64,000 bases of DNA from Chrysomallon squamiferum (taxonomy: Eukaryota; Animalia; Mollusca). Shown here in pieces: positions 1 through 11,465 of the stretch (within the stretch, counting starts at the first letter, position 1; each line of letters starts with the position of its first letter). Position numbers and translations under genes: made by a program. Under the pieces are notes generated by a model, which was not told the DNA's origin, searched no databases, and worked only from the letters and a program-made list of their open reading frames with translations. Where the stretch lies: the NCBI GenBank assembly GCA_012295275.1, contig CM022679.1:23870001-23934000 (forward strand). The letters run 5' to 3'.

Positions 1-37
1 CTTTAACACATAAGTTTTATATACTCTTTATTTTCAG

Positions 38-950
38 GTATTTGCTTCATGTTCTGTAGATCACTCAGTTAGGATCTGGGATGCAAGGGTGGCCCCTAAC
101 AAGGCCTGCATGCTGGCAGTTAAAGATGCTCATTCAAAAGATGTTAATGTTATTCACTGGAACCGAAATGAACCATTCATTGTTAGTGGAGGAGATGATG
201 GATTCCTAAAAGTCTGGGATCTCAGATTATTCAAGGTATTATTATATCAGTACAATTTCTTGTGGATGATTTTTAAGTTATTAAATGGGATTTTTTAAAA
301 TAAATAATGAAAAGAGCAGAATTAGTCAGCAAAGCATATGAGGCTTAATGGGTTGAAAAGCCAGTCTTCTGGGTCCATAAAAAATAAAATATGCTGCTTT
401 CCAACAAAACTGAATCTTTAATAGCATTAAGTAATGGTAGTACATTTTATCATGGGTTTTGGATGCGATTGTTATTATCATGGAAATATGGATGTGTATC
501 TTCAGTTTCACATAATTCACATGTCCAGTTGGTTTTTAATTTATTTGTTTCATCTATTTGTTTTCTGTTATTATAATTTTAAGCTCAAGGATATCTGCAT
601 GCCCCTTTTATTTTAATATACATTTTCTTACATTTCAGGATGGAAAACCTGCTGCTGCATTTAAACACCATGCAGCCCCAGTAACATCAGTTGAATGGCA
701 CCCAACAGATAGTTCTGTGTTTGCTGCTTCAGGTGCAGATGACCAAATAACAATCTGGGATCTGTCTGTGGAACGAGACTATGAAATGACAGAGACAGCA
801 GAGCCCGAACCTGATGTTCCTCCTCAATTACTGTTCATTCACCAGGGACAGAAAGACATTAAAGAATTACACTGGCATTCACAACTTACAGGAGTTATAC
901 TAAGTACAGCGAGTAGTGGGTTTAACATCTTCAGAACAATCAGTGTGTGA
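38..950 (+). CDS. GRWD1: Glutamate-rich WD repeat protein 1 (Rrb1 homolog), last two coding exons; 5' part lies outside the window
   Basis: Exons 38-235 (ag|[17 protein letters not shown]...[16 protein letters not shown]|gt) and 639-950 ([22 protein letters not shown]...[20 protein letters not shown]...[10 protein letters not shown]). The C-terminal [11 protein letters not shown]...FRTISV is the GRWD1 signature; phases match. Confidence 0.95.
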
Positions 951-1246
951 TAGTAAAACACATTTATACATCTTTGCTTTGTGTTTATTTGTGTCACAGA
1001 TTATTAATTAATGATTATAAATTTGATTAAAACTGACGAAATTATCAAACTAATTCAGTGTAAAGATGTCAAAATATTTATTTAAAAAATATTAAAAATT
1101 TTATCTCCCTGCCAGTATTTGGTAAACCATAGTCATTATATAATTTTCAAAACTGTACAACAAATAACATTCAGTCAAATTAATTATTTTGCATTTTTTA
1201 CTGAATATTTCACCCTGTGGATAAAAAAAAACACAAAAGAAAATTG

Positions 1247-2176
1247 TCACCATTTAATCGTCAGTGCATTTGTCATTTTTTCCACTTCATGATATTTAGT
1301 ATGCAACATCTCTCTGGCTTTATTTGAATCTGCACCCCCTAACCACTCTGAGTACAACTGTTCAACACCATCAACATCTTTTGGTTCCACAGTTTTCAAA
1401 GATGAGTAAAGTTCACTAACTCTTGACAGTAAATCTTTTGTGTCCTCCCCTTCTGGTCTTATCTGCCCTCCTCCATTATTACAACCTGAGGGACAGGCCA
1501 TAATCTCAACAAAGTGATAGGGAATTTTTCTTCCTCTCTTCACTTTCTGGACAATGTTTTGAATATTTCTGAAACCGTAAGCCAGGGCCATCTTGATTTT
1601 TGGTTTACCTTCCAGTTCAAGAGATACTTCTTGAAAATCTTGGTTTCTGAAGAATAATGTTAATAAAGATATTGAAAAATGATAGAGATTTTTGAAAGAA
1701 TGTAGACATATAAAAGTAATAATAAAATTAAATCAATTAAATCAAATTTTAAAAAAATAACTGGAATAATTTTATGATGACAAGAATGCATAAGAAAATT
1801 GTAGGAATTTATATGAAATACCAAAAACAAATTAAAATTATTACTAAATATGAATATTGTATTATAAAAAAAAAAGTAATAAATACAACTGAGAAAGGAT
1901 AAACTAGCAGAAGCCAGTTATAAAAAAATTGTATCCAAAGAAAAAAATGTTATTCTTTTTTTTCAAGTTTTTGTTTTTCCCCTCACCTTAATGTTTTATA
2001 TTCAATATGTTTCAGGTCATGTCCAAGGATTTCTTTAGCTGCATATCTCAGTATGTGTTCTAAATATCCACCTGACCCACCTCCCCAGTGATTCACCAAT
2101 TCATAGCTAGCATTACCAACACTGAAAAACAACAACAAATTATTAACCTGACATTAAATAAACTAAACATTGGCAG

Positions 2177-2208
<32 letters not shown>

Positions 2209-3954
2209 GAATTAAAATACTGTAATGTTATGATTTCAAGATATCAAAAACCACAGGTCATCAAACCCTATACAAAAAAAAGGGAACTCTGATTGATGTG
2301 AATATTGAAAACTAAGAAGCAGAAACAATTCCATTATGATTTGAAACCGAGGTTTAAAATGGAAACCTTTCTGTAAATAAGTTAAACTTAGATTTCCTAC
2401 TTTTAGCTTTTCTCTCACAGATATTTACTGTTTAAAAAGATTCTGTTTTGGTTCTGTATATTCAGATTATAAAGAAATAAATGATTTTAAGATACCAATA
2501 GCACAATTTTTTTTAACAGTTATGAATGTACATAAAACAATCTTACATGCTGTCATAAGGCTGTTTTTCAATCTCTATCAGTGACATCTCTTCTTTATCC
2601 AACATCTTCTCCACTTCACCTGTAAAATTTAATAACTGCATCAAAATTAGGTTAAAACACATTTTACCAAAAAAATAACAAGCTTGTGGACTATTAGGTT
2701 TCTACTATCATATCCAAGCATTTATCTACAGACATCTTACATAAATGCTGCAGATACATGTGAATGAAATCTCTAAACTTAATGATTCTTTAACAAACAA
2801 GGATTTTAAGAAAATATTTTAATGAACTGAAATAAAGATGTAGCTGCTGAAGATTCATTGCTAAATTTTACTATTAACATATTTCCATGATGATTTCAAA
2901 AGACTATGGCATGATCTATATGTCAGTCTGTATAGCTGTCCATATATTAATAAATTATTTTCAGTTATTCACAGCTGCATAATATAGTTTGTTTGATCTA
3001 TCACTGATAGTCAGTCATTATTTTCTTTTTCACCTGAAGTAATAACACAGTCCACATCTCTTGTTTCATAAACCTCACTAAAAAAGTCAGGCCGAGAAGC
3101 TTCCAGTTTCTTGTCAAAACATGGCATCACAGTCACATGATAGAGTTGGTTTGGTTTTTTCCCAAGCTTACTGGCTAAATAGTCTTTGACTAGAGAACCC
3201 ATTATCTGCTGAGGAGACTTTGTGGTGCTGATATATGGCAATATGTATGACCCATGTGTTTTTTCTGCATAACATATCCATCCTGGAAATTGTTAAAAAC
3301 ATTTTCATTATGATTTCTTTGAAAATCCTGAAATTCTATAATAATTTTCTAAGGTAAAATAATGCTGCAAATATTAATATCAATAATATTTCTGTTTGAT
3401 AACTGTATGCTTTAGTATGGTACTTAGTGGTATAAAATTATATTTTGACTACATTAGTATTTTAAATTATACCATAATGTTTTGGAAGAATATTTCTTTA
3501 AAATTTGATTGTTAGAATATTTTGACAATGTTATTATTAGAAAACTGAATAAATTATTTAAACATGATCATAATAAAAAAAAAACCTTATTTCATTTAAT
3601 TAGTACAATTAATGCAAAAGATAAGTAACTTGGTTAATGCAGAAACAGAACATATGCAAAAAAAAAAAATAATACAAAAAAATCGGCAACTGGAAAGTGT
3701 TACATAAGTATGTTACGTCATGTATAAGAAACCTTCATTACAAAGTGAAGAATCACAAACCTGGGCAAGCTGAGGCCAACATTGGAAGAGAATTTTTTTC
3801 TGTTTCAGATTCTTTATAACGACGAACAAATTCTTTACAGCTTTCCAGTAGGCTGAAATTTCTGGCAAAAGTGGTGTCAAATACATAATGGACTCCTATG
3901 ATAATAATAATAATAATACTAATACTAATAATAATAATCATCATCATCATCATG

Positions 3955-3996
<42 letters not shown>

Positions 3997-5118
3997 TTAT
4001 GTTAAGAATTAAAAACATTTTTTCTGCAATGATTTCTTTTTAAATTAATTATACTGTGTAAAGTGATATAAATAGATGAAAACCTTAGGTAACCACATAT
4101 CATCATTTCATGAAAAGGTGTCTCTCAAAATACCAAAAACGTTTATCAACTTTAGATTGTTTTTCATTCATTTCAATTTAGAATTAATTTTAGTACTAAA
4201 CCTGTACTAATATACTATTGAAACTTATTTCCTTGCTTTTTCATCTCCAAAATACCAAGAGTAAAGTATAACATTGTTTACCCAGAGTCTTGAAAAATCC
4301 TGACAATTTAAGTCCAGTTTCTTGTAATGTCATTTTAAATTTGGCTGCCAGTGATGCAAGACTCTGAGGTGAAACACTCACAACTAAAATTTTTTGTTCA
4401 TCCTAAAAAAATAAAAAGTAATAATAATAAAAATATCAATAAAGAAAAGATTCTGATATTTATTTTTCTTTCTCTCCTTTTTTAATTTTTAATTTTTTAA
4501 CAATGTATATTATTATACACAAAACATATTTAAAAACAATACACATTTTGGTACTATAACTGAAACAGTAATACTCTGAATAATATGAATATCAAAATTA
4601 TTTGTGTTTAGATTCTGTATTAATTAAATAATTTTGCTGCTACTTATTAAAATATATATAATATTAATAATCTTTTTAGCATGATGTTATTTTTATTGGA
4701 ATACATTATTATGTATATGAAAATACATGTTTACCATAACCAAAATATTTATAAATATCCAGAAAATAATAAGTTGCTATAGTAACCTCCTTTAACAATT
4801 TGTTCTCCTGCAGTATTTTGAAGAGTTCTTCCTGACTTTGCTGGGTAATAAGAACACTCTCTGCTGAAGTTATACATCCACTGCATGCCAAACAGTCATT
4901 TAGAGTTATCTTAGCTTTCTCCAATTTGACTTCTTCTCCTGACTAAAATATAAACAAATATTGTCATAAAACACATCCCTGGGCTTTTTATTTCTTATTT
5001 AAATGGTAAAAAATCAAGATAAACAAATTATACTTAGTTTAAATGCTTTGATAATATGTCACATGTAATACAAATATGATAAAAAATACAAAAGAAAAAA
5101 AACAGTTTTTAAATAATC

Positions 5119-5205
<87 letters not shown>

Positions 5206-5690
5206 TCATTGGAACATTTTTTATAATTATAATTTTCTTTTCTTCCATACCTCATAAACTGAGGTGTAGCTTCCATCATCTTCCACACGTATTTTTCCAA
5301 CTTTTCCAATTCCACGATTTACTTTTACTGGTTTTATGCACTCCTGTAACATAAAAAATTAAGCATCATTTAGTTATTGCTAAAATATGTTTCACATTTT
5401 CTGTTATAAAATTTGTCCCGATATTCAATAATCTTAAAATTTGACAAACTTTAACTTTTATTCTTTATCCTCATAAGGGCCTCTCGATCAAGTGCTAAAT
5501 GCACAATATCATATTTTTTTCTAAATTACAATAATGAAATACGACTACACTATCTTTTAAAAAAAGGAACGGCAAATAACAGTGAAAACTGGTGGGATTA
5601 TTAATACATTCTAATAATATTAACCTGTGAAGGAGTTATAAAATCGTCTAAATCAGTGAGTTGCAGTGCTCCACTAAAATGCGATGCCAT
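1247..5690 (-). CDS. CIAO3: Cytosolic Fe-S assembly component 3 (NARFL/IOP1/Nar1), 9 coding exons, ~475 aa
   Basis: Exons 5625-5690, 5251-5343, 4787-4942, 4282-4402, 3761-3895, 3034-3282, 2547-2619, 1987-2121, 1247-1646; all GT-AG, total 1428 nt in frame. Motifs: [69 protein letters not shown] and C-terminal IKW*. Confidence 0.96.
5122..5200. repeat. (AG)n microsatellite in CIAO3 intron 2
   Basis: About 80 bp of pure GA repeat, read directly. Confidence 0.95.
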
Positions 5691-5849
5691 CACTCCTTTA
5701 TTTTTATGTTATTTCCTCCCAATTAAGTAAGAATATAAATGTCATTTTACCAAACAGAATAAAAACGAAATAAAACGTTAACTAACAACAATAATAAGAT
5801 TATATATATGTTTATATATTTAAATCATAATTATGTTTTACAAATTAAT

Positions 5850-5851
<2 letters not shown>

Positions 5852-5916
<65 letters not shown>
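5852..5916. repeat. (CT)n microsatellite ~160 bp upstream of the CIAO3 ATG
   Basis: About 65 bp of pure CT repeat, read directly. Confidence 0.95.
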
Positions 5917-5917
<1 letters not shown>

Positions 5918-6207
5918 ACGACTGGGTATATTATAGGATAACGAAGCAAACTGGGAAGTGTGTGTATGTGTATACACTATTTGTGTGTAATAATGCGTGC
6001 ACGCATATGGTGTAACGAATTACTTTGTATGCCCTATTATAATCTCGTACTTTGTGTCCAGCACTTTTACCATTATAAATTCAAAAGACTACTCAAACGG
6101 TAAACGTCGAATGTAATTATATAAAAAAATAAAACACCAGAATCTATGAGAGTGGTATGAAGACATGCTAACAGTATAGTTCAAGTGCCAACAACAACAA
6201 CAACAAC

Positions 6208-6238
<31 letters not shown>

Positions 6239-8201
6239 AAAAATAATAATAATAAAAAAAAAAAAAATAAAAATAAAAATAATAAAATAAATATAAAAAT
6301 TTGAAAGAAAGAAAGAAAAAAAGACCTTATAATTTTAATCGTACCAAAGGTAGTATATTAAATTACTTTCTGATGTAGATAGATTATATAATTAACATGT
6401 CAATAACACACATCTTTATAATGTTAGTGTTTATATTTGTATATGTGCATGCATAATGTGAATATTTATACTTCTGTATATATATATTGTGTAATTAAAT
6501 TATGTATGTGCATTATGGATACTGCAAGCATATTGGTCTTATATTTTTTAATGCTGTTTGTGTTTAATATTTATTCTTTGTGTATTAGGTAATGACTGGT
6601 ATATTCATATATGTGCATTAGCATATTATATATTTTTTGTTATATTCCTGTTTATTTCTCTTCAATATATTTGTGATTTTACTTTAAATTCATATATATA
6701 AATATATACATTTTTTTCTATCATGTATTATTATATCATATTATTTATATATATATTTTTTTTTTTATATATTAATATGTTTATATCTTTTAAAATAGAA
6801 GAGATGAATGATATATTGTACTTAATTGATCTACTGAAGTAGACTGCTAATTCAAATTATGTGATTTTTTTATTTTTTATTTTTTTTAAGTTTTAGATAA
6901 AAATATAAACAGTTACCAGTCAGTCTACTTTCAGTGACCTACTTACATTAAAACAGCTCTTGATAAAAATGGTTGGATCATCCCATTATTTAAAAAACAG
7001 TTAAGTCAGATCGATGACTTAAAGGTAAACAGGAAAACAATGTATTTCTCTGAAGTTTGGACTTTCTAGAATAAAAATTACAAGTTGCAGTGAGTGTTGT
7101 TTATGTTATAATTAACAGAAAATCTTCTTATTTTCTGGTATGTGATATCCTGTCAACACTATCAACTTACTGTAGAAAAAAGAAAAAAAATTATAATGGA
7201 TTTATGCATACCTTTATCTGATCTGTGGTTATATTTTGTACTCAGAATATATTAATGTACATCTGTATTCATATCAGTAAAATCCTTAATATTAAATTGT
7301 TCATCTGTTCGTTTAATGTTCATTTATTCCTTAAGACACTGTGTGATAGTGTGTGTTCACATGCACAGTCATAGGAAATAAATAAACATATAGATGTATA
7401 TGCATTCAAAGATATGTATGTGTGTGCGTGCATATGTGTGTAATTACAGATATTTAAACAAACACATTATATACAAATAAGTAGGTTTAATAAATTCTGT
7501 TCAAATAATTTTACAGGTACATATATTGATATACTTCAATAATTACACAAAAAAATCATTTAACTCAAGAAAAGATTACATGACAAATCCTCTAACATTT
7601 CATACATGAAGAATCTCAAATACAGATATAAATTTCTTTATCTTCAAAATGTCCTGCATGATGATGTAGATAATTTCCATAATATTTTCTGATGAAATAA
7701 TTATCAATTTTCACATTGTAATATGTATGATTCAATGTTAAATGTTATTAAAATTGTTATGTTTCAAAACAAATGTACAGCTTTGCCATTACTATTCTGC
7801 TGTTCAAAATCCTAAATGATTTTCCTTTGATGGTGCAAATGCAAAAATAAAATTCCTTATAAGCAAGAGAAATGAGTTTCCCTTGACAGGACTGGTAACT
7901 GATAAAACATTTGACATTTGTGTGTCTGGTTTACATTATTATTTTATCTTTTGTTTGTTGTCTGCATGCAGATCTTCTATTGCCGAAATTTCTGCAGACA
8001 GTATCTACAGCCTTTCTGTGCCTAAGAGAGGTTCATTGATTATAGGAATATAATTTTCCCATTACATTTTTAATGCTGTCTGAACACAGTGAATCATAGA
8101 AAGAAAAAAGGTTATTGAAAGTTCAAACAGACCTTTAACTTGGTCAAAAATACCATTAGTTAAAAATATTTTCCAATTTCCAAAAGTAATGATAACAATG
8201 G

Positions 8202-11200
8202 CTACATTGTCTCTGCCACATCTTCATCATCATCATCAAGAGCAACATCACATTCATCAACATCATCATCAAGAGATCCAACATCAACAGTGTTCACTAT
8301 TCTCACCACCTTTTCATGTTTAGAATCCCACTCAATGCATTGGATGAAGTCTTTTGAAGCATTTAAATTAGCATCTTCTTTCAACAGACTTTTTATTTGA
8401 CTAGAAATATTTAGTCCAGCATCATCTGAACTGTTCACCCATCTAATAATGATGTTAAAGAAACAAGAGTAGAATTAAATTTAAATATAGTATTCAGCAG
8501 CAATATCATTTACTATCTGAAAATGCCAATTTTACCTCTTTTGAAATGTTTAAGATTAAGAGATTTCATAGACACAGACATACAGACATACAGATAGACA
8601 AAAAGCTAGATAGATAAACAGACAGATAGACAAAATTAAAGTTCACACATTGAAACTTAACAATAGCTAAAAACATAATATAAACACTATAAAGTTAAGT
8701 GTTATTTTTATAATATTCACATAACCCAGTACTCACCTTCGAATAGTGGCTGGATGTGGCAGTGCTAGCTTTTCTCTCAAGTATGCATATGACTTTTGGC
8801 TACTATAGAACAGTGTTGTAGCAAATTCCTTTTGATCTTCTGAATATTCTTGACTGGGCTTCTTAAACAAGTTAATAGGGATGTCTGCAAGTATAATATT
8901 TAAAAGTCTTTTTAGTTTATTTTTGGGTTCATACATCTAGCAAAGCTTTTAATGGCTTAACAAAAAGAAACTTTAATTTACAAAGTTAATTATTTATTAT
9001 TAAACAGAATCATGGATCCAACTCAAAATTTAGACAGAATTTTACACACTTTTTAAAAACCAAATCCACATTATTTTGTGCAAGTGATAATCTTTAATTA
9101 CGGATCCTTAATTACTTAAATTTGACAACTTAGAAATGTTGCACATCTGTGTTTATTAAAAATCAGGACAATATTTTATGAATATGTGAATGAACCTTTG
9201 TAAACTTGAAGCATTTGCTGAGCTTCCTCTGATATCTTCTGCTGCTCCTTAAGTTGCTGCAACAAATTTATGATGCCATCTTTAGCCCTTTTTTCTCGCC
9301 TCCTGGTGTCTATAAGTTGCTTTTGAACCTGGTCTAACTTCTGTACAATGTCTTGGTACTTCTTCTTTAGTATATCTGGTTCACATGCATATGAATGTTC
9401 TGCTGTCACATATGTTGGACTGGGAAGCCTTGGATGTGGTGTCATGGGTTCTGTTGTTGTTGTTGTTGTTGTTACTGCTGTCGTTACTGGTGTTGTGGTT
9501 GTAGTGGTGCATGGAACATTAGGTGTGTCACTTTTACCTTTGGATACTTTTTTAGAGTTTTTCTAAACAAAGGAAGAAATAAATATTTAATGTCAGCCCA
9601 ATATGGGTGGAGGAGGAAAAAAAAAAAAAAAAAAAGACATAAAAAACAAAAGACCTCTTCTAATGTTTTTGTTGGCCAAATTGGGTGTTAAAATATACCT
9701 ATTCATTATATTTCTCCTAAGTGATCAGTTTTTGCTAATAATAAAGTAGGCCAATCAAGATCATAAGGATTTAAAAGAAGCTGATACAGTGCAACAAATC
9801 AGACTAAGAATAAGCTGTTTTGCTTATTTTATGATTACTAATTTTTATGATTACTAATTTTTAAATTATATTTTTTTATTATTTTTAAATTTCTATTTTA
9901 GTTTTAAAAATGAAATATCATTTTATAAAATATAAACAGTTAACCAGTTACATTATTTTACTGCATATACAAGGTAAAAAATTAAGAGAATATCCATAAA
10001 CATATATAAATATACAAACACAGACATAAAATTATGATACAGTGTGGTTAAACCTGTATTATTATTTTTTGTTTGACAATACAATACATGAAGTATAATG
10101 ATAAAACAATAATACAGCTACCTTGTGTTTTGATTTCCATGCAAATATTGAAGGCACTGCTGAATTTTTAAGAATTTTTATTTTTTTGTGTCTAGATAGC
10201 ATGAAATCATCTTTGTGGAAGTGTTCTGAACATATGACATCATATTTAGATGGATTCCAGGGTTTCCTTGTTTTTGCTTCTAGGCGATTAATAGCATCCA
10301 ACCATTGTTTTCTCCTTGTTCCATCAGAAGGTATACTGAAGAAGAATAAAAGACTACTCAGAAGATACCAGTAGGCAGACAACTATTTTATTGGATTTTT
10401 TTTTATCCTACATAACAAAAGATATAAAGATTTTTTTTTTAATTTATTTTTTGTTTTTAATAAGTTTGACCTTAGTGGGTTTGCTATCGAACATAACAGA
10501 ATATTTGCAATTAGATGGCAAAAGCATACATATTGAAAAAATATTGCTACATACTTTCTAATCACCTACAACATTAAAAAAAAAAACACACTTCACAATA
10601 CACACCTTCTGATGTATATCATGTACACAGTTTTATGAATCATATGAACAGTTAGATGCAATAAACTAAATAAATATATGATTGGATAATTTTTTTTGCA
10701 TTTATTTCTAATTGTCATCTATATATACAGATGATTTACAATTAAGGAACTACTCCAAATTATGAATCCCATAAAAAATGATGGATTCTCAAATTCTTGC
10801 CATCCTTGTGACTTGTCCACATTCAAGGTTCATTTTGAGGGTGATAAAAAAAAAAAAAAAAAATAAAAAAATAAATAAATAAATAAAATAAAATAAAAAT
10901 AAAATTCTCAGGTTGTTGTGAATCATGCTGTCGTTCCTGTGCACTGTGTATCTTTTTCCCTTTCACCGTGGCTGATCTGTGGAACTTGTTATCTACCTTA
11001 AAGTCAAATCTGCTTTGACGTATTGTATTTATAGTTATATTTTTATAAAGTTAATAATTATATATTCATATTTTCTTTTATTCAAATTATTAAGTCAATG
11101 ACAAATTCTCTTGGTAAAATAAAAAAGAAAAGAGATATTATATATGCTTTTTTTTTTACCGATGAAAAGATATATTTTTTCCACTGTTTGCCCGATTTGT

Positions 11201-11230
11201 ACATCCAACAGCACAACATGAATGTACCAT
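8202..11230 (-). CDS. THAP-domain protein derived from the N-terminal part of a P-element/THAP9-type transposase, 5 exons, 346 aa, no catalytic domain
   Basis: Exons 11160-11230, 10122-10335, 9196-9562, 8737-8884, 8202-8442; GT-AG with consistent phases, 1041 nt, no stops. Complete C2CH THAP domain (MVHSCCAVGC...FHRIP...RRKQW...ICSEHF...AVPSIF), Thr-rich linker, EHSY, coiled coil, P-transposase HTH (YSEDQKEFATTLFYSSQKSYAYLREKLALPHPATIRRW), then acidic tail (DDDVDECDVALDDDDEDVAETM*). Confidence 0.88.
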
Positions 11231-11465
11231 GGTGTTGTTCTAATAGTTTTCTTGAGATTTCGCCCTAACCGGAAGTTGATACCATTTCTCCCTCTCCACA
11301 ATTTGAGATGTTATACCATTGGTGTTTGAAGTTAAAATGGGAGATAAAAAAATACCCTTCTGGTTCCTTTCATTACTTCCGGTTGTACTCTCGAATATCA
11401 ACATAATTTCTTTTCAGAATTATTGTTTATAGTTAAATGAACAGCTTTAAACAGTATTAATTAAT
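11231..11465. promoter_or_regulatory. Putative bidirectional promoter between the THAP gene and MLST8
   Basis: Divergent ATGs only 235 bp apart. ETS/GABP-type motifs AACCGGAAGT (11267-11276) and its exact reverse complement ACTTCCGGTT (11375-11384). Local CpG enrichment. Confidence 0.75.

Noticed and set aside
5039-6015. ORFs with poly-SL (and similar poly-CV, poly-YI, poly-TH ORFs elsewhere)
   Set aside because: These are translations of dinucleotide microsatellites in introns or intergenic DNA.
7688-7706. TGATGAAATAATTAT resembles the Drosophila P-element TIR start, downstream of the THAP gene
   Set aside because: A short AT-rich match with no inverted partner or TSD on the other side of the gene; likely chance.
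9348-9691. Cys-rich and Val-rich plus-strand ORFs that look metallothionein-like
   Set aside because: Antisense shadows of the Thr-rich (ACA)n linker in THAP gene exon 3.
10905-11030. Possible LINE ORF2 C-terminal remnant (FFPFTVADLWNLL) in THAP intron 1
   Set aside because: Too short and weak to support without a search.
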